DNA of 64,000 nt from Trichosphaerium sp. ATCC 40318. Lineage: Eukaryota > Protista > Tubulinea. Each line of letters starts with the position of its first letter. Within the stretch, counting starts at the first letter, position 1. A program made the translations under genes and the position numbers. This document shows positions 27,401 through 37,321 of this stretch, piece by piece. The DNA is taken from positions 496,001 through 560,000 of the forward strand of contig JALMLS010000015.1 of the NCBI GenBank assembly GCA_038496445.1, written 5' to 3'. The notes under the pieces were generated by a model, which saw nothing but the letters and a program-made list of their open reading frames with translations, was not told the DNA's origin and searched no databases.

Positions 27401-28000
27401 GTTGCCAATACCATGTCGTAACACTTCCGTGACAAAAAAACTGAGATAGTCCACATATTTTTTCATAATCAGACAAACACAGGCAGGAGTCTGTTTTGGT
27501 TCACCAGAGCCCTACCCTCAGAGTAAGTTTTCGTTTGTTTTATTGAGATGCTTTGCAGCAGGTTTATCATGCTACGTGAAGAGTTTTTGAAGATTAATAC
27601 GAAGTGTTGACATTGTTTTGCTATTGCGATTTTTTGATACATTGTTCAAGCTAGAATAAATGTAGTTATTGTTCAACGACATTAACAATACTAAGTATTC
27701 TAAGCCCTTTTGTTTCTTGAACGTAACAACGTTTCCGCAATCCTACGATAGCACCCGCCCCACAACCAAATCGAAGGCTTTCAAAAACAGGAAAATAAAT
27801 AACAAACAAAAATCTACAAAATTATCAAAAACAAAGTAGAATACGCTGAGGAGTCAACATGGAGTAGAAATTTTCTATCTCGCAAGCTACAAACAACAAA
27901 ACTTTTACTCTGTAAGTGTTCTTATTAATAAATTTTTCAACTTAGTACCAGTAAAGAGTTAAGGTACTCCTTTTGCTGTAAACATAAAATTTCAATCTGT

Positions 28001-28686
28001 TTATTTATCGTGCCACGTGCTTAGAGTGGCAAGTAAAGAAACAGAAGCTCCAGATACAAAACAAACAGAGCCGATCATCCATGCTACTGCAAATCCATCA
28101 AGCTTCAGTTGTGATAGCACGCCACCGACAATGAAACAGATAGAACCAAGCATATACCTTTAATAACATTAAAAAATAGCGTAAGTAATCGTTTGGCGTA
28201 CCATACTATTGCTGTAAGCCAAACCCATTTCATGACACTTTTTTTTTTAGGTTTTCCGTTTAAAAGAGGGTCATTCACTTGTAAACTCTTATCACGTGCT
28301 TTACACAATCCCAGAGTATAAATGGCAGTACAAGAACCTAACAAGTACGAAATAGATCCAAATCTGAATACCCACGTGCCAATATTAGGCATGTTTGCTG
28401 GTAGCGAAGGCCAATACAAGATTGAAGCGATTTCAAATAAAGTTCCTCCAATAAGCATAAAAAGGGCCGTAATGCGCTGAATGAGCGTAGATTTACCGTC
28501 TATTAGCGCAGCAACGAAATCTACCATACCACCACTGAAAAGTAAGCCACATGCCAGTATGTAACAGAATACACCAGATTTATAAATTAGAGCATCAGAA
28601 GGGAAAAAACAAGCTGTGCCTGGAATCAAGAAAAAACATCCTAAAAAATAAAGAGAGGCTGATGCTAGTGCTCGCCAGGATCCCAT
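28001..28686 (-). CDS. YrhK-like multi-pass membrane protein, copy B (one intron)
   Basis: Near-identical to 25474-26159 at a constant offset of 2527 nt. Confidence 0.75.
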
Positions 28687-28935
28687 GATTTATGAAAAAG
28701 GAAAGGAAATGTACTGTGAAAATCAGCTTAAAAAGGTTAAAGCATGAATTCGTTTTCTCTGAAATACAAGCACTGCAAAATGTATACTAGTTTACCATCC
28801 TTGCCTAAGAAGTAATTGAGTTTATTTGCCGCACTAGCTGCATTAACTGGGTTACTTATTGCGTGTAAGTGTACATTGTTATCTAACTTATTGGTAAAGC
28901 AAAAATCTATCTTGCTTTTTTTTTATTTAACAGAA

Positions 28936-30077
28936 TTATACAGGCTGATACTCAACATCGTCTATCTCCTGTAAACTGTTGTTATTGTGGTGCTTACTAT
29001 ACTTTTCTTCTTTATATAGTTTCCAGCTTGACCATGCAAATCTTAGTAGGATCAAGAGATAGAGACCAAGTTGTCCAACATAGGCTGCAATGTTCATATA
29101 AAATACAGTGCTAAGCTTTGAATAACCAAGTAATGCCAACCACGCATCAGATCCATCACCGGCTAGCTGGGTTTTCTTGAATGCTGGGAAGATTAATGAC
29201 ATACTGCCAGGAGTAAAACCGTAGAATAGTCTATTGACATTGACAAGGTAAAAGAGAAATGCAGTTATCAAGAGACAAACACGATTTAGCTTTCGTGTTT
29301 TAATTCTTCGAATGAAAAAGGATAGTCTGAAAAAGTACAGTAGTGCCACTAGCGCGGCCAACATAGGCCATAGTAAAAACTTTTTTATGATTGAACCATT
29401 CATAAGCTTATTATAAATCCTAGTAAGCATTCCAGTGATAGGAAATCCTACGAAAAAAACCGTTACGAAACAAAGCAGAAAAAAAGTAAGAAAACCAAAA
29501 CAAGAGCTTGTTTTACACTTGGATGTGAAACTACAAATTCAAAAATAATCTCAAAGAACCCATAAATATAAGTGATACACTAATACGGAAGAAATTAAAA
29601 GTTGGTCAGGCGACCAGTCAAAATTATGTGAAAGAAAAAAAAAGTTCGTTACTAAAAGTTGAAGTAAAATGTACCTAGTCTGCGATAAAAAAATACGATT
29701 GACAGCCATACTAGACCACCTGCCATTACAGCAAGTACTAAAAACCCATAAAAAGACCCAGACATAGCTAACCATGCGCTTTGAATACCATCTGTTTGTA
29801 TTGTGTATGTACAATAACCTTGTTGTAGTACAAACGAATAAAAATACTCAGGACATACAGTAATGGTACTGTTGGTATCAATAGAGTACCCTTCTATTAT
29901 ACTACACCCTAAAAAGAGCTGAGGGTGTTTATCGCCTAGCATTGCCGCTGTGATGCAATGACCGCCCTCATGAGCGAATAAATAGATCATTGGGACTATC
30001 CATAAACCAAATACTAGCACAGCTCCTCTCCATGCTAGAGCGAACGCCCATGAGCCAAGACAAGACGCAGATACCAT
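28936..30077 (-). CDS. Membrane metallopeptidase, M50/M50B-like, multi-exon
   Basis: HEGGH zinc motif next to a TM helix, many TM segments, and a later GDGSDA motif that could supply the third ligand. Confidence 0.7.
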
Positions 30078-30492
30078 GTTTCAGCGATTTTCTGTCAAAT
30101 TAAAAGGAGATTATTTGAATTGTTCTCAAAATTTAAGGGTGGTTCCGAAAAAAATACGAAAGGAGATCACTCCCGTACCATCATTGCGCTCATTTAGAAC
30201 GTTGAAGTAGGCCGACATTAAAGCGACTTTTTGCGAGCATTGTCGTTTCTCTAACCAAACATGACTGTTGAGATAGCTACGTTTTACAAGTAAAACTCTA
30301 TCTTGCAGTTTAACCCTGTTACAACAATAGCGTAAACGTGCATGTTCTACCAATCCGGCTTGTTTGACCCAAACAATACATAGCTTGACATTTTACCCTC
30401 TTGTAGCGCTGTTGAATGCCAGGTTTCGTGTCAAAGTAAGAGTAAGTACATCCAGTTTTAGGTAATCTATGCAAAAAAAAAATCCAAAAAAA

Positions 30493-32079
30493 ATGGAACT
30501 GTCACTTAAGTTTGACGTTATAGAGCCGTGTCTTAATATCTCGCACCAGATGAGGGACGTACGCATTGCTAAAACATACAGTACCAATGTAAAAGGCTGG
30601 TGGATTGCTATTTGTACTGTACTAGCGACTTCAATTATTTTGTTTGCGTTCCCGTTTTATAGTTCGGATACGATAGTTCCACCGGAAAGTAACGCACGTG
30701 AGACAGCCCTATGCTTAATTTAATGATTTTTAGTCTAAGTCCATTGAAGGTAGCTCTTCTGGATGTGAGGAGTTATCAGAGGTTGTAACGTCTCCACTAT
30801 GGCTAAAAGGAACAGAAGTCGTTGTTGTACGATTGATCGATAAACTTACTTCTCAAAAATCACGTGTAGGCAAACATTATTCCATCTTTATTATACGCCA
30901 TTCCAAGTAGTGAGTCTGAGTGCAGTAACTCAATAGGGAGCGCAGTTAAGTAAGTACAGAGTAAAACTTGTGTATCGACTTTTTTGGCGCGTGTCACTAA
31001 CACCTTTGTAGAAAAACAGGAGTGTTCGCACCGTACGAAGCTTTGATTATGTACCATGTATTAGTACGTTCTCTTGAAACTTAACGTTGTGTACACTGTT
31101 GACATTGGTTCGTTTTCAAGAAAGATAAATGCAAAGAAGATCCAAATACAATCGTTTATGATGTTGGTGCTAACATTGGTTTTTTTTCTATTTTGGCAGG
31201 TTTGATGCGAGAAAATTTTATTGGTTTTGTGTTCTCCTTGCTTTTGTTCCTCATACTTTAGTGTAGCGAAATTGGGATGTAAAGTATTCGCTTTTGATCC
31301 ATCTAATTGGCACATACAGCATGTAAAATTAAGCAGAGCGTTGAATAACATACCGTTTGGTCAGCTACAAGTATTTAAGCAGGCAATTGGAGATGAAGAA
31401 AAGTCTGTTAATTATAACTTTGATTGCACACATACAGGTACACGTGACATAGTGTGAATATAATGGAATTCAATTTCATTTATTAATAAACTTGTTGTTA
31501 AGGTGCTTCTAAGGTAAGCGATAAAAAAACTGATGAATCGGAGATGGTGGAGCAAATAACTCTTGATGGGTATGTTGTTTTTGAGAAATCACTAAAAATT
31601 AATAGGTTCCGAAAAACACATGGTGTTCCTTATTATTTAAAAATAGATGTTGAAGGCTTTGAACACTTTGTATTTGAGGGCGCTAAGAAATTGATAGATG
31701 AGAATATTAACACCATAGTGTGTGAGGTATGCTTCAGTGTTTGGTGCAAGTTTTATCTTTTTTTTTCCTGTTTACGTAAAGTTTAACACCTGTCTTAGTT
31801 TAAATTTGCTATAGAACGTGATTTAAAGTTCAAGCTTATTAACGATTTTATGGACAAAGGATATACAGTCTTTACTTATGCAGAAGCGTACAAATGAAAT
31901 AATTTTTTTATTATTTTGGATAATTCTCTAACTTTAGTTCTTAAAGGTATGATAAACCTCTACGATCTTGGAAGTTGAAAAGTGTAAGAAGAAAAAAAGT
32001 GGAAGGAACCCTTATAACTAGAATGTGGGAAGATATTGTAATAACTAAAAATCCAATACTAATTGACGCATGGCGTTGA
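30493..32079 (+). CDS. FkbM-family SAM-dependent methyltransferase, type-II membrane anchored, multi-exon
   Basis: IVYDVGANIG, KVFAFDPS and LKIDVEGFE motifs, with an N-terminal TM helix. Confidence 0.85.
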
Positions 32080-32582
32080 CAAGGATTTTTTGTTCTACAT
32101 AAATACAAATAAAACACAACGACGATTGTATACTTGACAAGTAATAAATAGCGGCACGTGGTGGTGAAATTAATGGCATGGGAGATAAACGTGTGATACA
32201 AAAGGCAATATTAATGCTAATGACATCGTAAACGGAGATTATACAATGGCATAAAAATAATTAACTTTAGGTGCTAAAAAAAGAAAAATAGTTAAGTGTC
32301 ATAAATAGCTGCTTAAGTACGACAATACTGCACCCGAATCATTGGCAGTACATGAGAAGATCATACGACGAACCTCCACTATTACTTCTGTACGTGCCAT
32401 AACATTAAAACTGGTACTAAACAGTATTTTCGAAAAAAACCAAACAAAACTTTAACATTTTCTCCACATTTTTCTTTTTGGCGTTCGGAATGTCATACAT
32501 GACGCGACTCTTCGGACCACGTGATCTTTTTGTGTTTTGTTTTATTTAATTAAAACAGCTCAAGATTAATTTTAGCTTTAGG

Positions 32583-33437
32583 TTAGATTTACCTGACGAT
32601 ATACTAAACGCGGTTAAGAGCATAGACAAGTCATTTAAATCAAAACTTGAAACGTTATGGCCTCAACTTTGTACAGCAGCTGCACAAGCAGGTAAATACG
32701 ACTCTGAAAGACGTCGTAACGGTAATTTCATATACCGTTTTCCAAGCGGACAGCTGCGTATTTGTTCTTCTTACAACCACGGAAAAAAGCACGGTAAAGT
32801 CAAAAAGTGGGCTGACGATGGTCAAATGATAAAACATTATTCTTACAAACACGGTATGAAAGACGGCGAATGTTGGCAATGGCTTCCAAACGGACAACCA
32901 AAAATCCATTATATATACAAGTTAGGTATCTGTAGGGAGTTTAAACGATGGTATCCTAATGGAGGAGTTGAAGAACATTGGAAAATGAACGGTAGGTGTA
33001 AGTTATGGTATGATAATGGGAAGATAAAATCAATGCACACTTATCGTGATCATCAAATAAATGGAAAATGTAAAATATGGCGTCCTAACGGTAAACTACT
33101 ATCTAAGTTTTATTGTACAGATGGTATAAATGATGGTGAGTTTAAACAGTATCATAAAAACGGTAGAATACAACTAGAGTGTAATTGGACGAACGGTAAA
33201 TTAGACGGAGAATATAAGAAATGGTTTGATAATGGACGTTTACAGAAACATTGTTTTTACAATGAAGGTCGTCTTACTGGAAAGTATAAAGAGTGGTATT
33301 TTACAGGTGAACTTTATAAACAATGTAAATATAGAAAAGGTAAGATTGATGGTGACTTTAAACAGTGGAAGATAAGTGGAAAGCCGGACTTTAAACTCGA
33401 AGTATCAATGTCAACAAAAATTGTAACGGATTGGTAA
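32583..33437 (+). CDS. F-box-like + MORN-variant repeat protein, paralog 2 (start codon unresolved)
   Basis: The frame of ORF 32826-33437 stays open upstream to 32550 and encodes LDLPDDIL...LWPQLC...KYDSERRRNG, homologous to the N-termini of paralogs 1 and 3. No in-frame ATG there. Confidence 0.8.
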   Translation, partial: LDLPDDILNAVKSIDKSFKSKLETLWPQLCTAAAQAGKYDSERRRNGNFIYRFPSGQLRICSSYNHGKKHGKVKKWADDGQMIKHYSYKHGMKDGECWQWLPNGQPKIHYIYKLGICREFKRWYPNGGVEEHWKMNGRCKLWYDNGKIKSMHTYRDHQINGKCKIWRPNGKLLSKFYCTDGINDGEFKQYHKNGRIQLECNWTNGKLDGEYKKWFDNGRLQKHCFYNEGRLTGKYKEWYFTGELYKQCKYRKGKIDGDFKQWKISGKPDFKLEVSMSTKIVTDW

Positions 33438-33957
33438 AAAAAATCAATAAAAATAAAAAATTGTTTATACGTACACGTGTTTATTGATCTGAAGTGGTTA
33501 ATTGCCCGTGTTAGACGGGGTAAGGGAGACTAGTCTTTGTTGCAGTCGTATCTAATCCCCATTGAAAATGTCATCACTGATGACAACATGGTAGTACACT
33601 AGTGACACTTTTGTTTTCTTTTGTGGATGTTATTCAATTCGTGTCAGCGTGATAGCCAGGACGTTTTACGACGGATTCAATCTTATTACCCAAACAAATC
33701 GTACACAGCTCTGTGGCGAGAAAAGTGTGGTCAGTTCTGAATTCTAGAAATTCGGTAAAGTCCATCCTAGCATTTCGAAAGCTGATGATGGAATCCTACA
33801 TTTGTTTTTTGCTGTGATGGCTCTTACGTACCTATCCAGTTACCAAAGTGTATCTATTGATGGTCCAGTAAAAGTGCCAAGAATGACGTCAATGGCGTAT
33901 TTGCCTTATAATTCCGTATTTGGTCAATACGTATTTATTGCTAATAAAACTACGAAA

Positions 33958-35419
33958 ATGGCATTCAAAGTCGCATTGGTAGTACATAATGCCAAAGAAC
34001 TAAAGGCTGCTGATTCTAATGGGTACTCAGACCCTTTTTGTACTGTTCATGCTGCAAACTCTCCAAAACAGGTTCAAAAGACTATAGTACGTACTAGTAA
34101 ACGTAAAACAGCGTTAATAAAGCGATAGACTTACAAAAAAATTCTGAACCCTCAATGGGTGAAATTCTTTCTTATTGAGAACCTGGGCCCATCAGAGGAC
34201 ATTGTATTCACTCTCTGGGATAAAGACCTCATCGGTAAAGACTTCCTTGGCGAAGCGCGTATAAACGCAGCTGATATCACCGAAGACAGAGAAATGAAGA
34301 AGCTTATACTTAAACCACGCGAAGGAAAGAAAGATAAGGGCATTACGGGGTGTCTTTATGTCAGCATCAATAAGGACACTGTTGACACCAAGTACGTTGA
34401 TACAGTCAACTTACTAAGCTACAAGAAGGAGTACACAAGAACTTGTAAGGTATTGGAAAAAATATTCCACAACAAACGTACGTAAACAACACCAAGACTA
34501 AAGAAATTTCTACCCGAAACGGTCGGGTTTTTTTTATATATTTCAAGTCCAAAAACCGACTTCGGTTTTCGTAAATATTTGGTCGTCACATCACGTGATT
34601 TTGTATTGTTTTATTACATTGAATTTTGAACCCACTTGGTTTGTTGTTTAAAATTATTTTACGCACGTGATATGTAAGAAATGTAAAAGAAAATTTGGAA
34701 GTTTGATTTAAATCTGGAAAAAATCTGGAAGAATGCTCAAGTGTTTTTCTCACCACACTATAAATAAATATACCAATAATCTTCCCCCCCCTTGAGGCCG
34801 GGATGCTATATCGCATGTACGGCGACTGAGGACTCAATTTGTTGATGGTGGGGAGCAAATCACTTCCAGCATTCTTTCAGATTTTCCCTTAGTAAGAAAA
34901 TAGTTTTTTGTTTCTGAAATTTTTTTTGTTGATAAAAAATTGATCACGTGATCTCTTATAACGAACAGACAGTTCGTTTAGCATCATCTAAAGACATTAC
35001 AATTTTCAGATATTCTTCCGATTGTCGAACGACAAAAATCTGAAGGCCTTGTTGTCTTCTTTGTCTTTTAATTTTTTTGTTTGTTTTCTAAATATTGTTG
35101 TGTAGGAGGACTTGGTAATGATGCTCTTAACTTTGATTACGCTCAATCTAACTGTAAAGATAACTGGGAAGAGATCCTGAAGTTCGGTGAAGGCGTCAAA
35201 TCAGTATGGAATCCATATGATTGCGCACCTGCTGATCCAAATGCACCAGAATGGACAGCTGATAGACGACCTCTTATTTCATGGCCACTTGGTTCCGGAT
35301 TCAAATTCTTGTTTAAGGTAGCCATGGAAGACAAAAGCTGGAGGAAAGTCCGTGCTTGTGTCATGGTAGAGCGTACTACAATTTACCCTATCAAGATGAC
35401 TATCCTCCCAAAGGAATAG
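33958..35419 (+). CDS. C2-domain (Ca2+/phospholipid-binding) protein, 3 exons with one long intron
   Basis: AKELKAADSNGYSDPFC, LNPQW, LWDKDLIGKDFLGE. Last exon ~35107-35419. Confidence 0.82.
34790..34927 (+). ncRNA. Candidate structured ncRNA inside the long C2-gene intron
   Basis: GC-rich nested stems (CTTCCCC/GGGGAG, TTGAG/CTCAA, GCCG/CGGC, ATGC/GCAT) and a second stem TTTCAGA/TCTGAAA. TATA-like TATAAATAAATA lies ~30 nt upstream and a T-run follows. Confidence 0.35.
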
Positions 35420-35792
35420 TAAACAAGAAATACATCTTTATGAATAAAATTGTCACACGCGTTACTTAGTGATAGTCTTTCAAAGAGTTAAAAAAAAAAG
35501 CATCAAGGCTACATTTGTATGCGACTCTGAGAGAACATTGTTATTTTTGGTTATAAAAAAGATCCACTTGTGGTCGCTGATTTCAACCTAGAACATCTTT
35601 TGTCTTATGGCTTTGAGCCTTTTTTTTGTTGCCCTAAAGTGTTTGTCTTGAAGACAATTACCGTTGAATCTACCTTGACTGTTAAAGCCTAAAAACTCTA
35701 CAGTTTGAAGATTTAGATAACTGTTGCGACATTAGAAAGGTGTGGCTGTATCACGTGATATAGATATTTAAGTTAAAGAAAATCAAGAAAAT

Positions 35793-36470
35793 ATGGAGTA
35801 TTCTCACCTTTTACGCCTACCAGTAGAGCTACAGCTTGATATAGTAGACTTGGACTTTGAATCTTATCTAAAGTTCCCTCTGTTATCAAAACAAGCAGCA
35901 ACAAATACAAGGTATGACTGTGATTTAAACAAACATGGTAAATGGCTGAAGCAAGGTATTACCTATTTCACAAAAGAAAAAGTAATCATAGTTCAAGAGC
36001 ACTACAGAAACGGCAAATTACATGGAGAGCGTAGATGTTGGCATGCAACAGGAAGTTTAGAATCAACTTGTACTTTCATCAATGGCAAAAAGGAAGGAGA
36101 GTACAAGGGATTCTTTCGAAGCGGTGTAATGCTTGAGAAGCGAAATTATGTTGGTAACAAAAGAGAGGGAGAGTATAAGTTGTGGTGGGCAGATGGAAAA
36201 TTGAGTAAACACTGTGAGTATTGTAACGATTCGAGAAATGGAGAGTTTAAGAGTTGGTATCCAAATGGTCAATTGTGGGAGCATTGTAACTATGTTAACG
36301 GTGTAAGACAAGGAAAATATAAAAGATGGCACACGAATGGGCAACCTGAAGAAGAGTATCACATAGTCAATGATAGAAAGGAAGGAGACTATAAACGTTG
36401 GGCCAAAGATGGTACTCTTGAACAACACAGGTACTTTGATAATGGTCAGTTTTTAAAAGACTACTTGTAA
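35793..36470 (+). CDS. Intronless F-box-like + MORN-variant repeat protein, paralog 3
   Basis: LLRLPVELQLDIVDLD...PLLSKQAA...KHGKW closely matches paralog 1, followed by MORN-variant repeats. Confidence 0.88.
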   Translation: MEYSHLLRLPVELQLDIVDLDFESYLKFPLLSKQAATNTRYDCDLNKHGKWLKQGITYFTKEKVIIVQEHYRNGKLHGERRCWHATGSLESTCTFINGKKEGEYKGFFRSGVMLEKRNYVGNKREGEYKLWWADGKLSKHCEYCNDSRNGEFKSWYPNGQLWEHCNYVNGVRQGKYKRWHTNGQPEEEYHIVNDRKEGDYKRWAKDGTLEQHRYFDNGQFLKDYL

Positions 36471-36578
36471 CAGCTTAAAGGACTATCTGTTAGTAAATCT
36501 CATATTAATTTGTGCTAATGGAAGTTAATTAAAGCTACAGTCGTGAGCAAAACTTTTTTGGTTGGCGTATTGCAAGCT

Positions 36579-36719
36579 CTAGGATGAATTCGATGTAATG
36601 CCCAACGGGTTCCAATACATCGGATTCATCTTAGTATCACGTTTGCAGGTGTACCAGAGTTAAAGGATACACCTGCATATGCAAGGTGTACCTTAACGGC
36701 GACCTGCAAAGTGACATTG
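36579..36719 (+). ncRNA. Candidate two-hairpin ncRNA (H/ACA-like or pre-miRNA-like)
   Basis: 19-bp stem 36579-36597/36616-36634 with two G-U pairs, then a long hairpin 36637-36714 with an internal loop, then ACA and a T-run. Confidence 0.45.
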
Positions 36720-37321
36720 TTTTAGAGTTTTTTTTTTTTTGAATGCCAAAGAACATGACTCCTACACAGCAGCTAACTTCTGCTGCGGAACAATTGTCAT
36801 TTCTTTGGGCTTTGGTAGAAATAATAGTAGAAATAATGGGGATAAGGCTAGAAAGCCTTTGTTAAATTTTAAAGACTTCCACCCTTCCCGCTTTGCAACA
36901 GGAAGGGCGGAAGCGTTGAATGCTTGCCGCCACAAGAGATATCATAAGTATCCTCCAAAATCTTAAAAAGTATCCAGAAAAAATAATTATGGGATACACA
37001 GATTAGTGCGTTACGCTGATGTAAATAAGTTGTAAACACTTAAAGTAATTATAATCAATACACGTAAAAATGTCTCATTAAAACAACACCAGGAACGTAA
37101 TGCAAGAATGTTGTAAAGAAGCTAGCGTAGTTCACAGTAACGGTCATCACTTAACTAAAAACCTGGTCGTTAAGTCTTACTTCTTATCATTAGCATTGAT
37201 TCGAGGTCAACAAGTTCCAGTCCAAAAAAATACTATTAATATACATGTATACAGGATTTATTACGTAATAGACTACGTCTTCACGTGTCAAAAAACTTAA
37301 GTACAAAAAAAAAATCAAGTA

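Larger units (their letters stand above)
25425..28707. repeat. Direct segmental duplication (~750 bp; ~25425-26180 and ~27953-28707)
   Basis: Colinear near-identical sequence including the intron and short flanks. Confidence 0.92.

Noticed and set aside
33577-33790. TGATGA/CTGA boxes suggesting a C/D snoRNA, and an RNase P-like GAAATTCGGT
   Set aside because: No convincing terminal stem, rRNA-complementary guide or matching partner motif could be identified by eye.
34826-34860. CTGAGGA resembling the hammerhead ribozyme core CUGANGA
   Set aside because: No GAAA follows a stem II, so the catalytic core is incomplete.
14905-36470. Integrated giant-virus genome segment
   Set aside because: No viral hallmark genes (capsid, polymerase, packaging ATPase). 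The virus-like genes are isolated among intron-rich host genes.
36583-36630. SECIS-like ATGA...AA hairpin
   Set aside because: ATGA pairs Watson-Crick with TCAT rather than forming tandem G-A pairs, and the upstream gene has no in-frame TGA.
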